DNA from: Arenicellales bacterium | GTDB lineage: Bacteria; Pseudomonadota; Gammaproteobacteria; Arenicellales; Poriferihabitantaceae | Reading direction: 5' to 3' | Assembly (NCBI GenBank): GCA_965231865.1 | Contig: CBDDOJ010000001.1 | Span: 509,359-573,358, forward strand | Length of the DNA stretch: 64,000 nt | Shown here: one piece after another, positions 28,988 through 36,970 of the stretch | Layout of the letters: each line of letters opens with the position of its first letter | How positions within the stretch are numbered: position 1 is the stretch's first letter | The notes under the pieces: generated by a model | What the model saw: the letters and a program-made list of their open reading frames with translations, nothing else | Databases searched by the model: none | What the model was told of the DNA's origin: nothing | Position numbers and translations under genes: made by a program

Positions 28988-30244
28988 GTGATCAAGCAAC
29001 TGCAACTTCGCAATTTCAGAATTTTTGATGAGGAGGTGACCATCCGGTTTCGTCCAATCACCTTGTTGATTGGGAAAAACAATGCCGGAAAGTCCTCAAT
29101 CATCCAGTTCTTGTTGATGTTGCAGCAGTCGATTGGGTTAAACAGCAAGGCATTTCTGGACTCAAGAGGCGAGAAAGTCGATCTGGGTACATTTTACGGG
29201 CTGAAAAACAGTAATTCCCTCAAACGTTTCCTGGATTTTTCTTTGCATGTGCAGGAGAACAGCAGTCCAAGGAGTCAACTGGGAGCCTATCTGCAAGAAA
29301 AGGGTATCAAATTTTATGAGCACCCTCTCGAATACCAGATCGCCGCCAAGATCTTATACAACAAGCAGAACCTTTTCCAAGGCAAAGATTGGAAGCTCAC
29401 ATTGTTGTCCAACCATCAAACCATTTTGCAACGTCCCACCCCGATTACTGAAAACAGCCAGTTCCTGCAGACTAGTGGAGAATATTCAGTGGAATCTTCA
29501 GACTCAAATCCTGAAGAAATCAGGGAAAACCAGGCAGAACAATGCTGCCTGGAGTCAATCGCGCAGACAATCAGAACAATGGAACATATTGGACCGAACA
29601 GAAGGATGATGCCAAGAACCATCGATACCGGTGAAAACATACCCTCTCATCATGTCGGGAGAAGCGGAGAATATGCACTGCATCACTTATGGAAACTGTC
29701 GAAAAACCACCACGGTCGGTCTGAATTGATTTACCCTCATTTGAAAAAAATTGTGGATATCCAGAATATTACTTTTTCAGAGAAGGGAGATTTAGCCCAA
29801 TGCGAGGCACAGAATGTGAAAACACGGGCACGTACCAATATTGCGAATTTTGGCTTCGGTACCAGTGAGAGCCTGCCAATTATAGTACAAGGCGCAATGA
29901 TGGCCCCCAGAACTACTCTCCTGGTAGAACAGCCGGAAGCCCAGATTCATCCCTCAGCCCAGCTGGAACTGGGCAGTTTCTTTGTTGATTTATGGAAACA
30001 GCGCAAGGTCCATTCCATCATAGAAACACACAGTGCCAATATCCTGTTGAGGTTGCAAAGATCCATTGCAAGAGGGGATTTGAATGCGGATGACGTGTCT
30101 GTCGTGTTTTTTGATGTCGAGAATGAAAAATCGGTCGTGAACAATTTGGAAATCAATGAAGATGGTTCCATAGAAGACGGATTACCCATGGAATTTTTTC
30201 ATCAGGATATCTGGGAAGCCATGGACCTGGAGGTTGGAGAGTGA
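28988..30244 (+). CDS. ABC/AAA-type ATPase with DUF3696-like C-terminus
   Basis: I prefer the GTG start at 28988 after a GGGGGA RBS, 13 nt past the mod stop. Walker A is LLIGKNNAGKSS, Walker B/D-loop is LLVEQPEAQIHP and the H-loop is ETHS. The C-terminal tail ...DVSVVFFDVENEKSVVNNLEINEDGSIEDGLPMEFF resembles DUF3696. Confidence 0.8.
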   Translation: MIKQLQLRNFRIFDEEVTIRFRPITLLIGKNNAGKSSIIQFLLMLQQSIGLNSKAFLDSRGEKVDLGTFYGLKNSNSLKRFLDFSLHVQENSSPRSQLGAYLQEKGIKFYEHPLEYQIAAKILYNKQNLFQGKDWKLTLLSNHQTILQRPTPITENSQFLQTSGEYSVESSDSNPEEIRENQAEQCCLESIAQTIRTMEHIGPNRRMMPRTIDTGENIPSHHVGRSGEYALHHLWKLSKNHHGRSELIYPHLKKIVDIQNITFSEKGDLAQCEAQNVKTRARTNIANFGFGTSESLPIIVQGAMMAPRTTLLVEQPEAQIHPSAQLELGSFFVDLWKQRKVHSIIETHSANILLRLQRSIARGDLNADDVSVVFFDVENEKSVVNNLEINEDGSIEDGLPMEFFHQDIWEAMDLEVGE

Positions 30245-30774
30245 ATGGGCTGACATGTGACTACATTGCGATTGATACAAATGTTTTTCTCCATCTGACC
30301 AATGAAAAATTTAATTCGGATAGACATATACACAAACTATTACAGGTGCCGAAAGAAGGAGAGAACAAGATACATCTTCTGGTCGATACCAACGGGGAAA
30401 TTTTTTCTGAATACGGTCGCCATTTGTTGAAAGAAGAGTTTCTTCAATCCCGACAACGCAAAAATGAAGCCCAGATCATAAAGTATTGGTTGAGATTTGC
30501 GCCCAGAAAACCGATTTCAGTCCATAAAACCGACCAACTGTGGTCTGCAATTTTCAGTATTATCCCGGAGGCCAAGGAAGAGGTTGACAGAATATTTGTT
30601 TATGTGGCCTTCCAAACAGGACGCATATTGATCAGCAATGATCGCAAACACATTGTAAGCCGTCGAGGCCAACTGAAATCATGCTACAGGAATGGTTTCT
30701 GTAGCAACGGTGCAGATGTGATGGATTCCCAAGAGGCCTACAACCGAATCCAGAACACCGGGACTTCCAATTAA
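30241..30774 (+). CDS. PIN-like domain protein (putative nuclease), 177 aa
   Basis: GTG start overlaps the ATPase stop as GTGA (30241-30244). Acidic positions follow PIN-like spacing: IAIDTNVF (N-terminus), EEVDRIFVYVA and LISNDRKHI. The assignment rests on motif spacing only. Confidence 0.45.
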   Translation: MNGLTCDYIAIDTNVFLHLTNEKFNSDRHIHKLLQVPKEGENKIHLLVDTNGEIFSEYGRHLLKEEFLQSRQRKNEAQIIKYWLRFAPRKPISVHKTDQLWSAIFSIIPEAKEEVDRIFVYVAFQTGRILISNDRKHIVSRRGQLKSCYRNGFCSNGADVMDSQEAYNRIQNTGTSN

Positions 30775-30862
30775 GGACCATGTCGAAAAGGCAAAATAAT
30801 GCTAGCATACCGGGGTCTCAAAAAATGCGGAGTACATTCTGCAACATAGGGGGTAAGCCAAT

Positions 30863-31609
30863 ATGGGAACAGTGAAGATTACGCTGAATTATCGGTCAAC
30901 GAACACAGAAAGCGGCCTGATCAGCGCGGACTTTCTCTACCACCAGGCAGGACTGGATCCAGAAAGCAGTCAATGGCTCTATCTGAACAGGGACCACGAT
31001 GTCGACATCCCGCTCCTGCCGAATGACCACCTCATCATCCGTGGTGGAGAGATCATCTTTGCAGATGAGGCCAGCTTTGATATTGGCGAAAACCCCAGGA
31101 TCAAAAACCCCATTTGTTTTCAGTTCAATGACAAGCGGATGGAAGCGGATAAAGCCAAGTTGACTGGCCATAAACTTCGAAAACTGGATACGAAACTTGA
31201 TGCCAGCAAGCTGTTTGCCGATTTGAGCGGGCAGGCAGATGCCTTGGTCCAGGATGACTGGGTATTGGTGGTGCAGGAAAAGGACTGCTATTTTACCATT
31301 CCCGCAGGGAATGACGAAACAATTGACATTGAAGAATGCGCGCGAGCAGACCGAAGACCACCCAAAGGCCAAAAGTGGTACAAGATCAAAATCGATGGTG
31401 ACAAGTATAAGGTGGACCAGTCATCATTGACTGGTCAAGAGATACTTGGGCTAGTGCAAAAAAATTATCAGGAATGGACGTTGAATCAAAAATTGTATGG
31501 CGGCCGACGCAAACCGATTGAGGAAGAACAGACGGTAGATTTTTCACAACCGGGCATTGAGCGATTTGAGACAGTACAAAAACAAGCTCAACAGGGCACT
31601 TGCTTGTAA
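30863..31609 (+). CDS. Multi-ubiquitin (tandem beta-grasp/Ubl) protein, 248 aa
   Basis: An AGGGGG RBS lies 10 nt upstream. Three internally similar ~70-80-aa segments are visible, for example ...KLTGHKLRKLD... and ...SLTGQEILGLV... with ...ISADFLYHQAGLDP... The last segment (KWYKIKIDGDKYKVDQSSLTGQEILGLV) fits the Multiubiquitin family pattern. The C-terminus is ...QQG-TCL. Confidence 0.7.
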   Translation: MGTVKITLNYRSTNTESGLISADFLYHQAGLDPESSQWLYLNRDHDVDIPLLPNDHLIIRGGEIIFADEASFDIGENPRIKNPICFQFNDKRMEADKAKLTGHKLRKLDTKLDASKLFADLSGQADALVQDDWVLVVQEKDCYFTIPAGNDETIDIEECARADRRPPKGQKWYKIKIDGDKYKVDQSSLTGQEILGLVQKNYQEWTLNQKLYGGRRKPIEEEQTVDFSQPGIERFETVQKQAQQGTCL

Positions 31610-31986
31610 TGATTCTTCCTGATGAAGATACGGATTTTCTCAATGCTCAGTATAATTCCCGATGGGAAGAATTGTCGGAGGGAAATACCCACGGCCTGTT
31701 GATCAGGGACTACCCACTGCCTGAAGGGTATACCCCGAAGAATTCCAGTTTAATGTTGCTGATTCCAGACAGCTATCCGGGTGCAATGATTGACATGTTC
31801 TATTTTGACCCGCCGGTCCAGAGGGAGGACGGGGCCGAAATTGAAAGATTATTAGATGAAATTCACTTTGGCCGACAATGGCAAAGATGGTCGAGGCATT
31901 ATGACTGGCGACCCGGAATCGACAACATGTCAACACACATCACCTATGTATCCAATCAACTCAGGTCTGAGATCAATAACGGATAG
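31609..31986 (+). CDS. Prokaryotic E2/UBC-like protein (family-E-like), cysteine-free, 125 aa
   Basis: The ATG at 31609 overlaps the Ubl stop (TAATG). The pattern LPEGY...LMLLIPDSYPGAMIDMFYFDPPV...WQRWSRH fits the prokaryotic E2 family found next to multi-ubiquitin and JAB-E1 genes (from memory). No Cys is present. Confidence 0.65.
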   Translation: MILPDEDTDFLNAQYNSRWEELSEGNTHGLLIRDYPLPEGYTPKNSSLMLLIPDSYPGAMIDMFYFDPPVQREDGAEIERLLDEIHFGRQWQRWSRHYDWRPGIDNMSTHITYVSNQLRSEINNG

Positions 31987-31995
31987 TCCCATTCT

Positions 31996-33396
31996 GTGAA
32001 TCACTCACTGGTACTTTCAGAAAGTCAGCATCAGAGACTCTCTGAACATCTTCATCCCGGGGATGGCCTTGAATCCGCTGCCATTATTCTCTGCCATCAT
32101 GGTCGGGGGGGAGAAGGTCAACTGCGGTTAATCGCCAATGATTTCATCCTGATTCCCGCGGATGCCTGTGAGAAGAGGACAGCCACCAGATTGATCTGGC
32201 CTTTTGCTGATTACCTTCCGCCAGACAAAATCACCGAAATCGACCAGAACGGCTTGTCTGTCATGACCATTCACAGTCATCCAGGTGGCATGGACCGATT
32301 TTCACGGGTCGACAATTCAAACGACAAGTCCCTGTTTCATTCAGTATGCAACTGGTTTGATGACGACAGGCCAAATGGGTCAGCAATCATACTGCCAGAC
32401 GGGAAAATCGTCGCCCGTCTGGTGACAGTGGATGGCCGGTTTATCCCTATACACAGTGTAACGGCAGTGGGCGAAAATATCCGAATCTGGAAACAGTCAA
32501 GGAAAAGCCCGGCTTCGTTGCCTGCGGGATTGCGCGTTGCCCAGACCTTTGGCAAGGGAACTTTCGATCTGCTGCGCAATTTGCGCGTGGGGGTGGTCGG
32601 TTGTTCGGGCACCGGGAGCATTGTCAGTGAACTGCTCGCACGCAACTGCATTGGCACACTGATTCTGGCAGACCCGGATTACGTTGAAGAAAAAAACCTC
32701 AACCGTATACTCAATGCCACGAAAACCGATGCTAAAAACAAGACTCCCAAAGCATCAATGCTTAAACGGGCGATTGCAAAAATGGGCACAGGCGTACAGG
32801 TTGAAGCGTATCAGACACATACCTCCGACAAGGCTCTTATCGAAGTGCTGATAAGTTGCGATGTGATATTCGGGTGTGTTGACTCAGCCGAAGGCAGATA
32901 CCATATTGAATGTATTGCCTCAGCCTACTGGTTGCCGTATTTTGATGTTGGCGTCAATCTTGAAGCCAACTTGGAAGGAAGGATTTTGCAGGCCGATGCT
33001 GTTGCCCACTATATGCACCCGGAAACCACCAGTCTGATGTCTCGTGGCGGCTACACCAGCAATCAGGTTACCGCTGAAACCTGGTATCGCACCGACAGAA
33101 AATACTATGAAACACAAAGAGACGCCGGGTATCTGGCAGCAGTGGGAGAGGACCAGCCAGCCGTTATGTCAGTGAATATGCAGGCAGCGTGCATGGCCTT
33201 TAATGATTTTCTGGCTCGGCTGCATGGATTTCGTCTTGATTGCAATGATGATTTTACGACACAGCGTTTCAGACTGGTACATGGGCATTACAGCCATGCT
33301 GCATCAGAAGAGCAGGCACCCTCTGTTTTTGATCCGTACAGTGGTATGGGAGACCACAGTTTTTTGATTCGAAAGCTAAAACATGATGTTGACTGA
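31996..33396 (+). CDS. JAB/JAMM metalloprotease fused to a ThiF/MoeB-type E1 adenylyltransferase (466 aa)
   Basis: GTG start. The JAMM motif is intact: E (GLESAAI) and HSHPGGMDRFSRVD, which equals H-x-H-x7-S-x2-D. The E1 Rossmann loop is VGVVGCSGTGSIVSELLARNCIGTLILADPDYVEEKNLNRI. Confidence 0.85.
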   Translation: MNHSLVLSESQHQRLSEHLHPGDGLESAAIILCHHGRGGEGQLRLIANDFILIPADACEKRTATRLIWPFADYLPPDKITEIDQNGLSVMTIHSHPGGMDRFSRVDNSNDKSLFHSVCNWFDDDRPNGSAIILPDGKIVARLVTVDGRFIPIHSVTAVGENIRIWKQSRKSPASLPAGLRVAQTFGKGTFDLLRNLRVGVVGCSGTGSIVSELLARNCIGTLILADPDYVEEKNLNRILNATKTDAKNKTPKASMLKRAIAKMGTGVQVEAYQTHTSDKALIEVLISCDVIFGCVDSAEGRYHIECIASAYWLPYFDVGVNLEANLEGRILQADAVAHYMHPETTSLMSRGGYTSNQVTAETWYRTDRKYYETQRDAGYLAAVGEDQPAVMSVNMQAACMAFNDFLARLHGFRLDCNDDFTTQRFRLVHGHYSHAASEEQAPSVFDPYSGMGDHSFLIRKLKHDVD

Positions 33397-33748
33397 ACTG
33401 GTCAACTTTCGGGAAAGATGGCGAAAATATCGAACTCGCTGGGTCGCTGATTTGCCGGAAAAGCCTGAACGGAACACCGCTTATGTGATTGGCGGGCGCA
33501 AGTACCCGTACTATGCTGCAATCACCTGCCCACGAAAAAAGTGCAGAATTATTGTTCACCTTGAAGTTTCTGCGGAGTTCAAAAAAAGATGGAAGCTGAT
33601 TGAACACGATGATGGAAGCATTTCACTGTCACCGTCCATACGTGTTACCAAAGCTCCGTGTCGCTGCCACTATTTTCTCAAGAAAGGAAAAATAACCTGG
33701 GCAGAACCCCCTGTGTTCTTTGTTCCAGCGGAAAACCGTCGATCCTGA
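33383..33748 (+). CDS. DUF6527-like small Cys-rich protein (121 aa)
   Basis: The start overlaps the E1 3' end by 14 nt. Cys pairs are CPRKKC and PCRCH. The C-terminal pattern SLSPSI...C.CHYFLKKGKITW recalls DUF6527. Confidence 0.58.
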   Translation: MMLTELVNFRERWRKYRTRWVADLPEKPERNTAYVIGGRKYPYYAAITCPRKKCRIIVHLEVSAEFKKRWKLIEHDDGSISLSPSIRVTKAPCRCHYFLKKGKITWAEPPVFFVPAENRRS

Positions 33749-33779
33749 CAGCAACCGACTTGTCCTGTTCCGATATACA

Positions 33780-36620
33780 ATGAATCAAACTATCCCCAAA
33801 CTCATTATCAATAGCCCTTATACAGAACCGGAAAAACATTGGTTGTACGATCGGGAAACCCGTGAGTTTCGAATAAAAAACACTCGCCGGCCGGCCGGTT
33901 ATATTCAGGCAACACCCGATTCCCGTGCGTTTGATGACCCTGGCATACCGATTGAAATAGAACTTGTCAATAAAATACGGTCCAGAGTAAAGGCATGGAG
34001 GCAGTCCGGCTATATCGGCGTTACCGGTACCACAAGACGGTTGCTGGAACACTGGCATGACGAACAGGAACGACGGGACAACCGATTTTTCTTTTGCCAG
34101 ATAGAAGCGATAGAAACACTGATCTGGTTGACCGAAGCCCCCGCGGCCGATAGAACGGGAATTACGATTGAGGGCGATGGCGGCCAGTTTGAACGTTGGT
34201 GCAGCAAAATGGCCACCGGCTCAGGCAAGACGGTTATCATGGCCATGCTGATTGCCTGGAATTTCTTGAATAAAATCACCAACTCTGCAGACCCTCGCTT
34301 TAGCAGGAATACGCTGGTGGTAGCGCCAGGCCTAACGGTAAGAAGCCGTCTGCAGGTTTTGTTGCCCGCACATCCTGAAAACTATTATGAAGCGTTCAAT
34401 ATCGTACCAACATCCCTCATGGACAAGTTACGTCAGGGCAAGGTGTTGGTCCGGAACTGGCATGAACTGGCATGGGACACACAGGAAAAACTGGATGCGA
34501 AGGTAAAACGGGGATACTTGCGCTCGGTAGACAAGCGAAAACGTACCGAAATCAGTGCTGAGGTGTATGCCCAACAAGTACTGGGGGAAATGGCAAATGC
34601 TCGCAATATCCTCGTGATCAACGATGAAGCACATCATGCCTGGCGAATCAATCCGCAAGCCACCAACAAGTATACACGGACGGGTTCAACCAAAGACAGC
34701 GCCGAAGAAGCCACCGTATGGGTCGGTGGCCTGGATAGAATTCATGCACAAAGAGGTATTCTGCACTGCTACGATCTTTCTGCCACTCCATTCTCGCCGT
34801 CAGGAAAAAAATCAGCAGAAGAAACTTTATTCAACTGGATTGTGTCTGACTTTGGGCTGAATGACGCCATTGAATCAGGCTTGGTGAAAACGCCCCGGGT
34901 AGTAGTTCGGGATGACAGTCATGTTCAAAGCAAAGAACTGAAATCCAGGCTTTATCATATTTATGCTGATGAAGAGGTCAGGGATGATATTAACCGCAAA
35001 GCGAAAGAAACGGACCCACTCCCTGACCTGTTGCTGAACGCCTATTACCTTCTGGGTCAGGATTGGAAACAGACTCGAAATAAATGGCTTGAGCAAGGAC
35101 ACCCTGTGCCGCCCGTGATGATCACGGTTGCCAACAGAATTGAAACCTCGGCGCGTATCAAGCATGCGTTTGATCACAAGAAAATACTTATCTCCGAGTT
35201 GTGTGATCCAGACAAAACCCTGCAAATCGACAGTAAAGTGCTCCATGAAGCCGAATCTGAAACCGAACCAATGTATATTGGTAGCACCAGCGGTGACGGT
35301 CGCGTGAAAGCCAAGCCCAAGTTGACTAAAAAAGAACAAGCTGAACAGTTGCGTCAAATGGTGGATACAGTGGGACGGGTCGGCGAACTGGGCGAACAGA
35401 TTCACAACATCATTTCTGTAGGCATGCTTTCCGAAGGATGGGATGCCAGGACAGTGACCCATATCATGGGAATCAGAGCATTTTCCAGTCAGTTGTTGTG
35501 TGAACAGGTGGTTGGACGAGGCCTGCGAAGGATCAGTTATGACATGAATGATGAAGGGTTATTTGAACCTGAATACGTCAATATATTCGGCGTTCCCTTT
35601 ACATTTTTACCCCATGAAGGCAATGGGTCGGTACCCGCACCGCCCTTGCCGAAAACCAGAATTGAGCCGGTAAGAGCAAAACTGGCCCACGAAATCGTCT
35701 GGCCCAATATCCTTCGTATTGATCATCAATACCAGTCACGACTTACTCTGGACTGGGATAAAGTCCAGCCACTGGAAATTGACCCTCTCGACTACATTAC
35801 CCAGGCACAGTTGACTGCCATCGTTGATGGCAAACCGAACGACAAAGTGTACGCAGGGATTACCCTGAAGGAAAATACCAGACTGCAAACAGTGGTGTTT
35901 CATGTCGCATCCACGATTTACAACCACGAAAAACCACAGTGGAAAGGCAACAAAGAGTCCTTTCTTATCCAGATTGTCAGGCTGACTGAACAGTTCCTCA
36001 ACTCAGAAAAAATTGTTACCAAGAATGGTTTTCCGCATCCCAATGAAGCTAAAAGAAGGATACTGCTCATCCTCAACATGAATAAAATCATTCAGCACAT
36101 CTGGTCAGCGATACGATCGAAAAACACCGAGAAACTGGTCCCTGTGTTTGACAAAGAAAAACCAATCAAATCAACTTCGGATATGAGGCCCTGGTTTACC
36201 AGCAAACCCTGCGAGAAGCTTGAAAAATCTCATATCAGCCATTGCGTGTATGACAGCGGTTGGGAAGGAACGGAAGCCAACTTCATGGAAAAATCCAAGT
36301 TGGTTGCGTCTTTTGCCAAGAACGACCATTTGGGATTTTCTGTTTTGTATAATTACAATGGCGTTGTTCGAAAATACTACCCGGATTTTCTGATAAGACT
36401 GGCCAATGGCGACTACATGGTACTTGAAGTCAAGGGTCAGGATAATCAGAAGAATCAGACTAAGCGAGAATACTTAAATAAATGGATAAAAGCTGTAAAT
36501 GGACAGGGAGGCTTTGGTCAATGGCATTTTATCGTTTCATTTCATCCATCAGACCTGGAAAGCAAAATACGGAACTGCATGGCACATTCATCGGCACCTG
36601 TCGTAAATGGTGCAGATTAA
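33780..36620 (+). CDS. res: Type III-like restriction subunit: SF2 DEAH helicase with C-terminal PD-(D/E)xK nuclease
   Basis: I prefer the start at ATG 33780 (MNQTIPKLIINSPY...). Walker A is MATGSGKT and motif II is NDEAHHAW. The C-terminal nuclease motif is YYPDFLIRLANGDYMVLEVKGQ. Confidence 0.85.
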   Translation: MNQTIPKLIINSPYTEPEKHWLYDRETREFRIKNTRRPAGYIQATPDSRAFDDPGIPIEIELVNKIRSRVKAWRQSGYIGVTGTTRRLLEHWHDEQERRDNRFFFCQIEAIETLIWLTEAPAADRTGITIEGDGGQFERWCSKMATGSGKTVIMAMLIAWNFLNKITNSADPRFSRNTLVVAPGLTVRSRLQVLLPAHPENYYEAFNIVPTSLMDKLRQGKVLVRNWHELAWDTQEKLDAKVKRGYLRSVDKRKRTEISAEVYAQQVLGEMANARNILVINDEAHHAWRINPQATNKYTRTGSTKDSAEEATVWVGGLDRIHAQRGILHCYDLSATPFSPSGKKSAEETLFNWIVSDFGLNDAIESGLVKTPRVVVRDDSHVQSKELKSRLYHIYADEEVRDDINRKAKETDPLPDLLLNAYYLLGQDWKQTRNKWLEQGHPVPPVMITVANRIETSARIKHAFDHKKILISELCDPDKTLQIDSKVLHEAESETEPMYIGSTSGDGRVKAKPKLTKKEQAEQLRQMVDTVGRVGELGEQIHNIISVGMLSEGWDARTVTHIMGIRAFSSQLLCEQVVGRGLRRISYDMNDEGLFEPEYVNIFGVPFTFLPHEGNGSVPAPPLPKTRIEPVRAKLAHEIVWPNILRIDHQYQSRLTLDWDKVQPLEIDPLDYITQAQLTAIVDGKPNDKVYAGITLKENTRLQTVVFHVASTIYNHEKPQWKGNKESFLIQIVRLTEQFLNSEKIVTKNGFPHPNEAKRRILLILNMNKIIQHIWSAIRSKNTEKLVPVFDKEKPIKSTSDMRPWFTSKPCEKLEKSHISHCVYDSGWEGTEANFMEKSKLVASFAKNDHLGFSVLYNYNGVVRKYYPDFLIRLANGDYMVLEVKGQDNQKNQTKREYLNKWIKAVNGQGGFGQWHFIVSFHPSDLESKIRNCMAHSSAPVVNGAD

Positions 36621-36970
36621 AGATCGCTGATGTCTTTTCGAGTTGGACATAACCAGAGCCGCCGGCACGCACAACAACGTTTACGGATGACTTCCATGTC
36701 TGGATGCTTGATGCATGGGTGCAAAACACCTACAGAATACGACCAACTCACTTTCTCATCTCATATGGCCAACATACTCTCTTACCGGGTTATCGGGAAA
36801 GCTTGACCCTTTACCCGTCAGTAATCTGTCAACCACAATGAGCACACTAAAACCAAATCCGGTTCAGCGGTACATTGCCACCGTTCACAGTTTTTCTCGA
36901 CACTGCATGGGGTCCCACCTAAGCCGATAACATAAGATATTTTTCAACAATCACTTAAAAATCCAAACTT

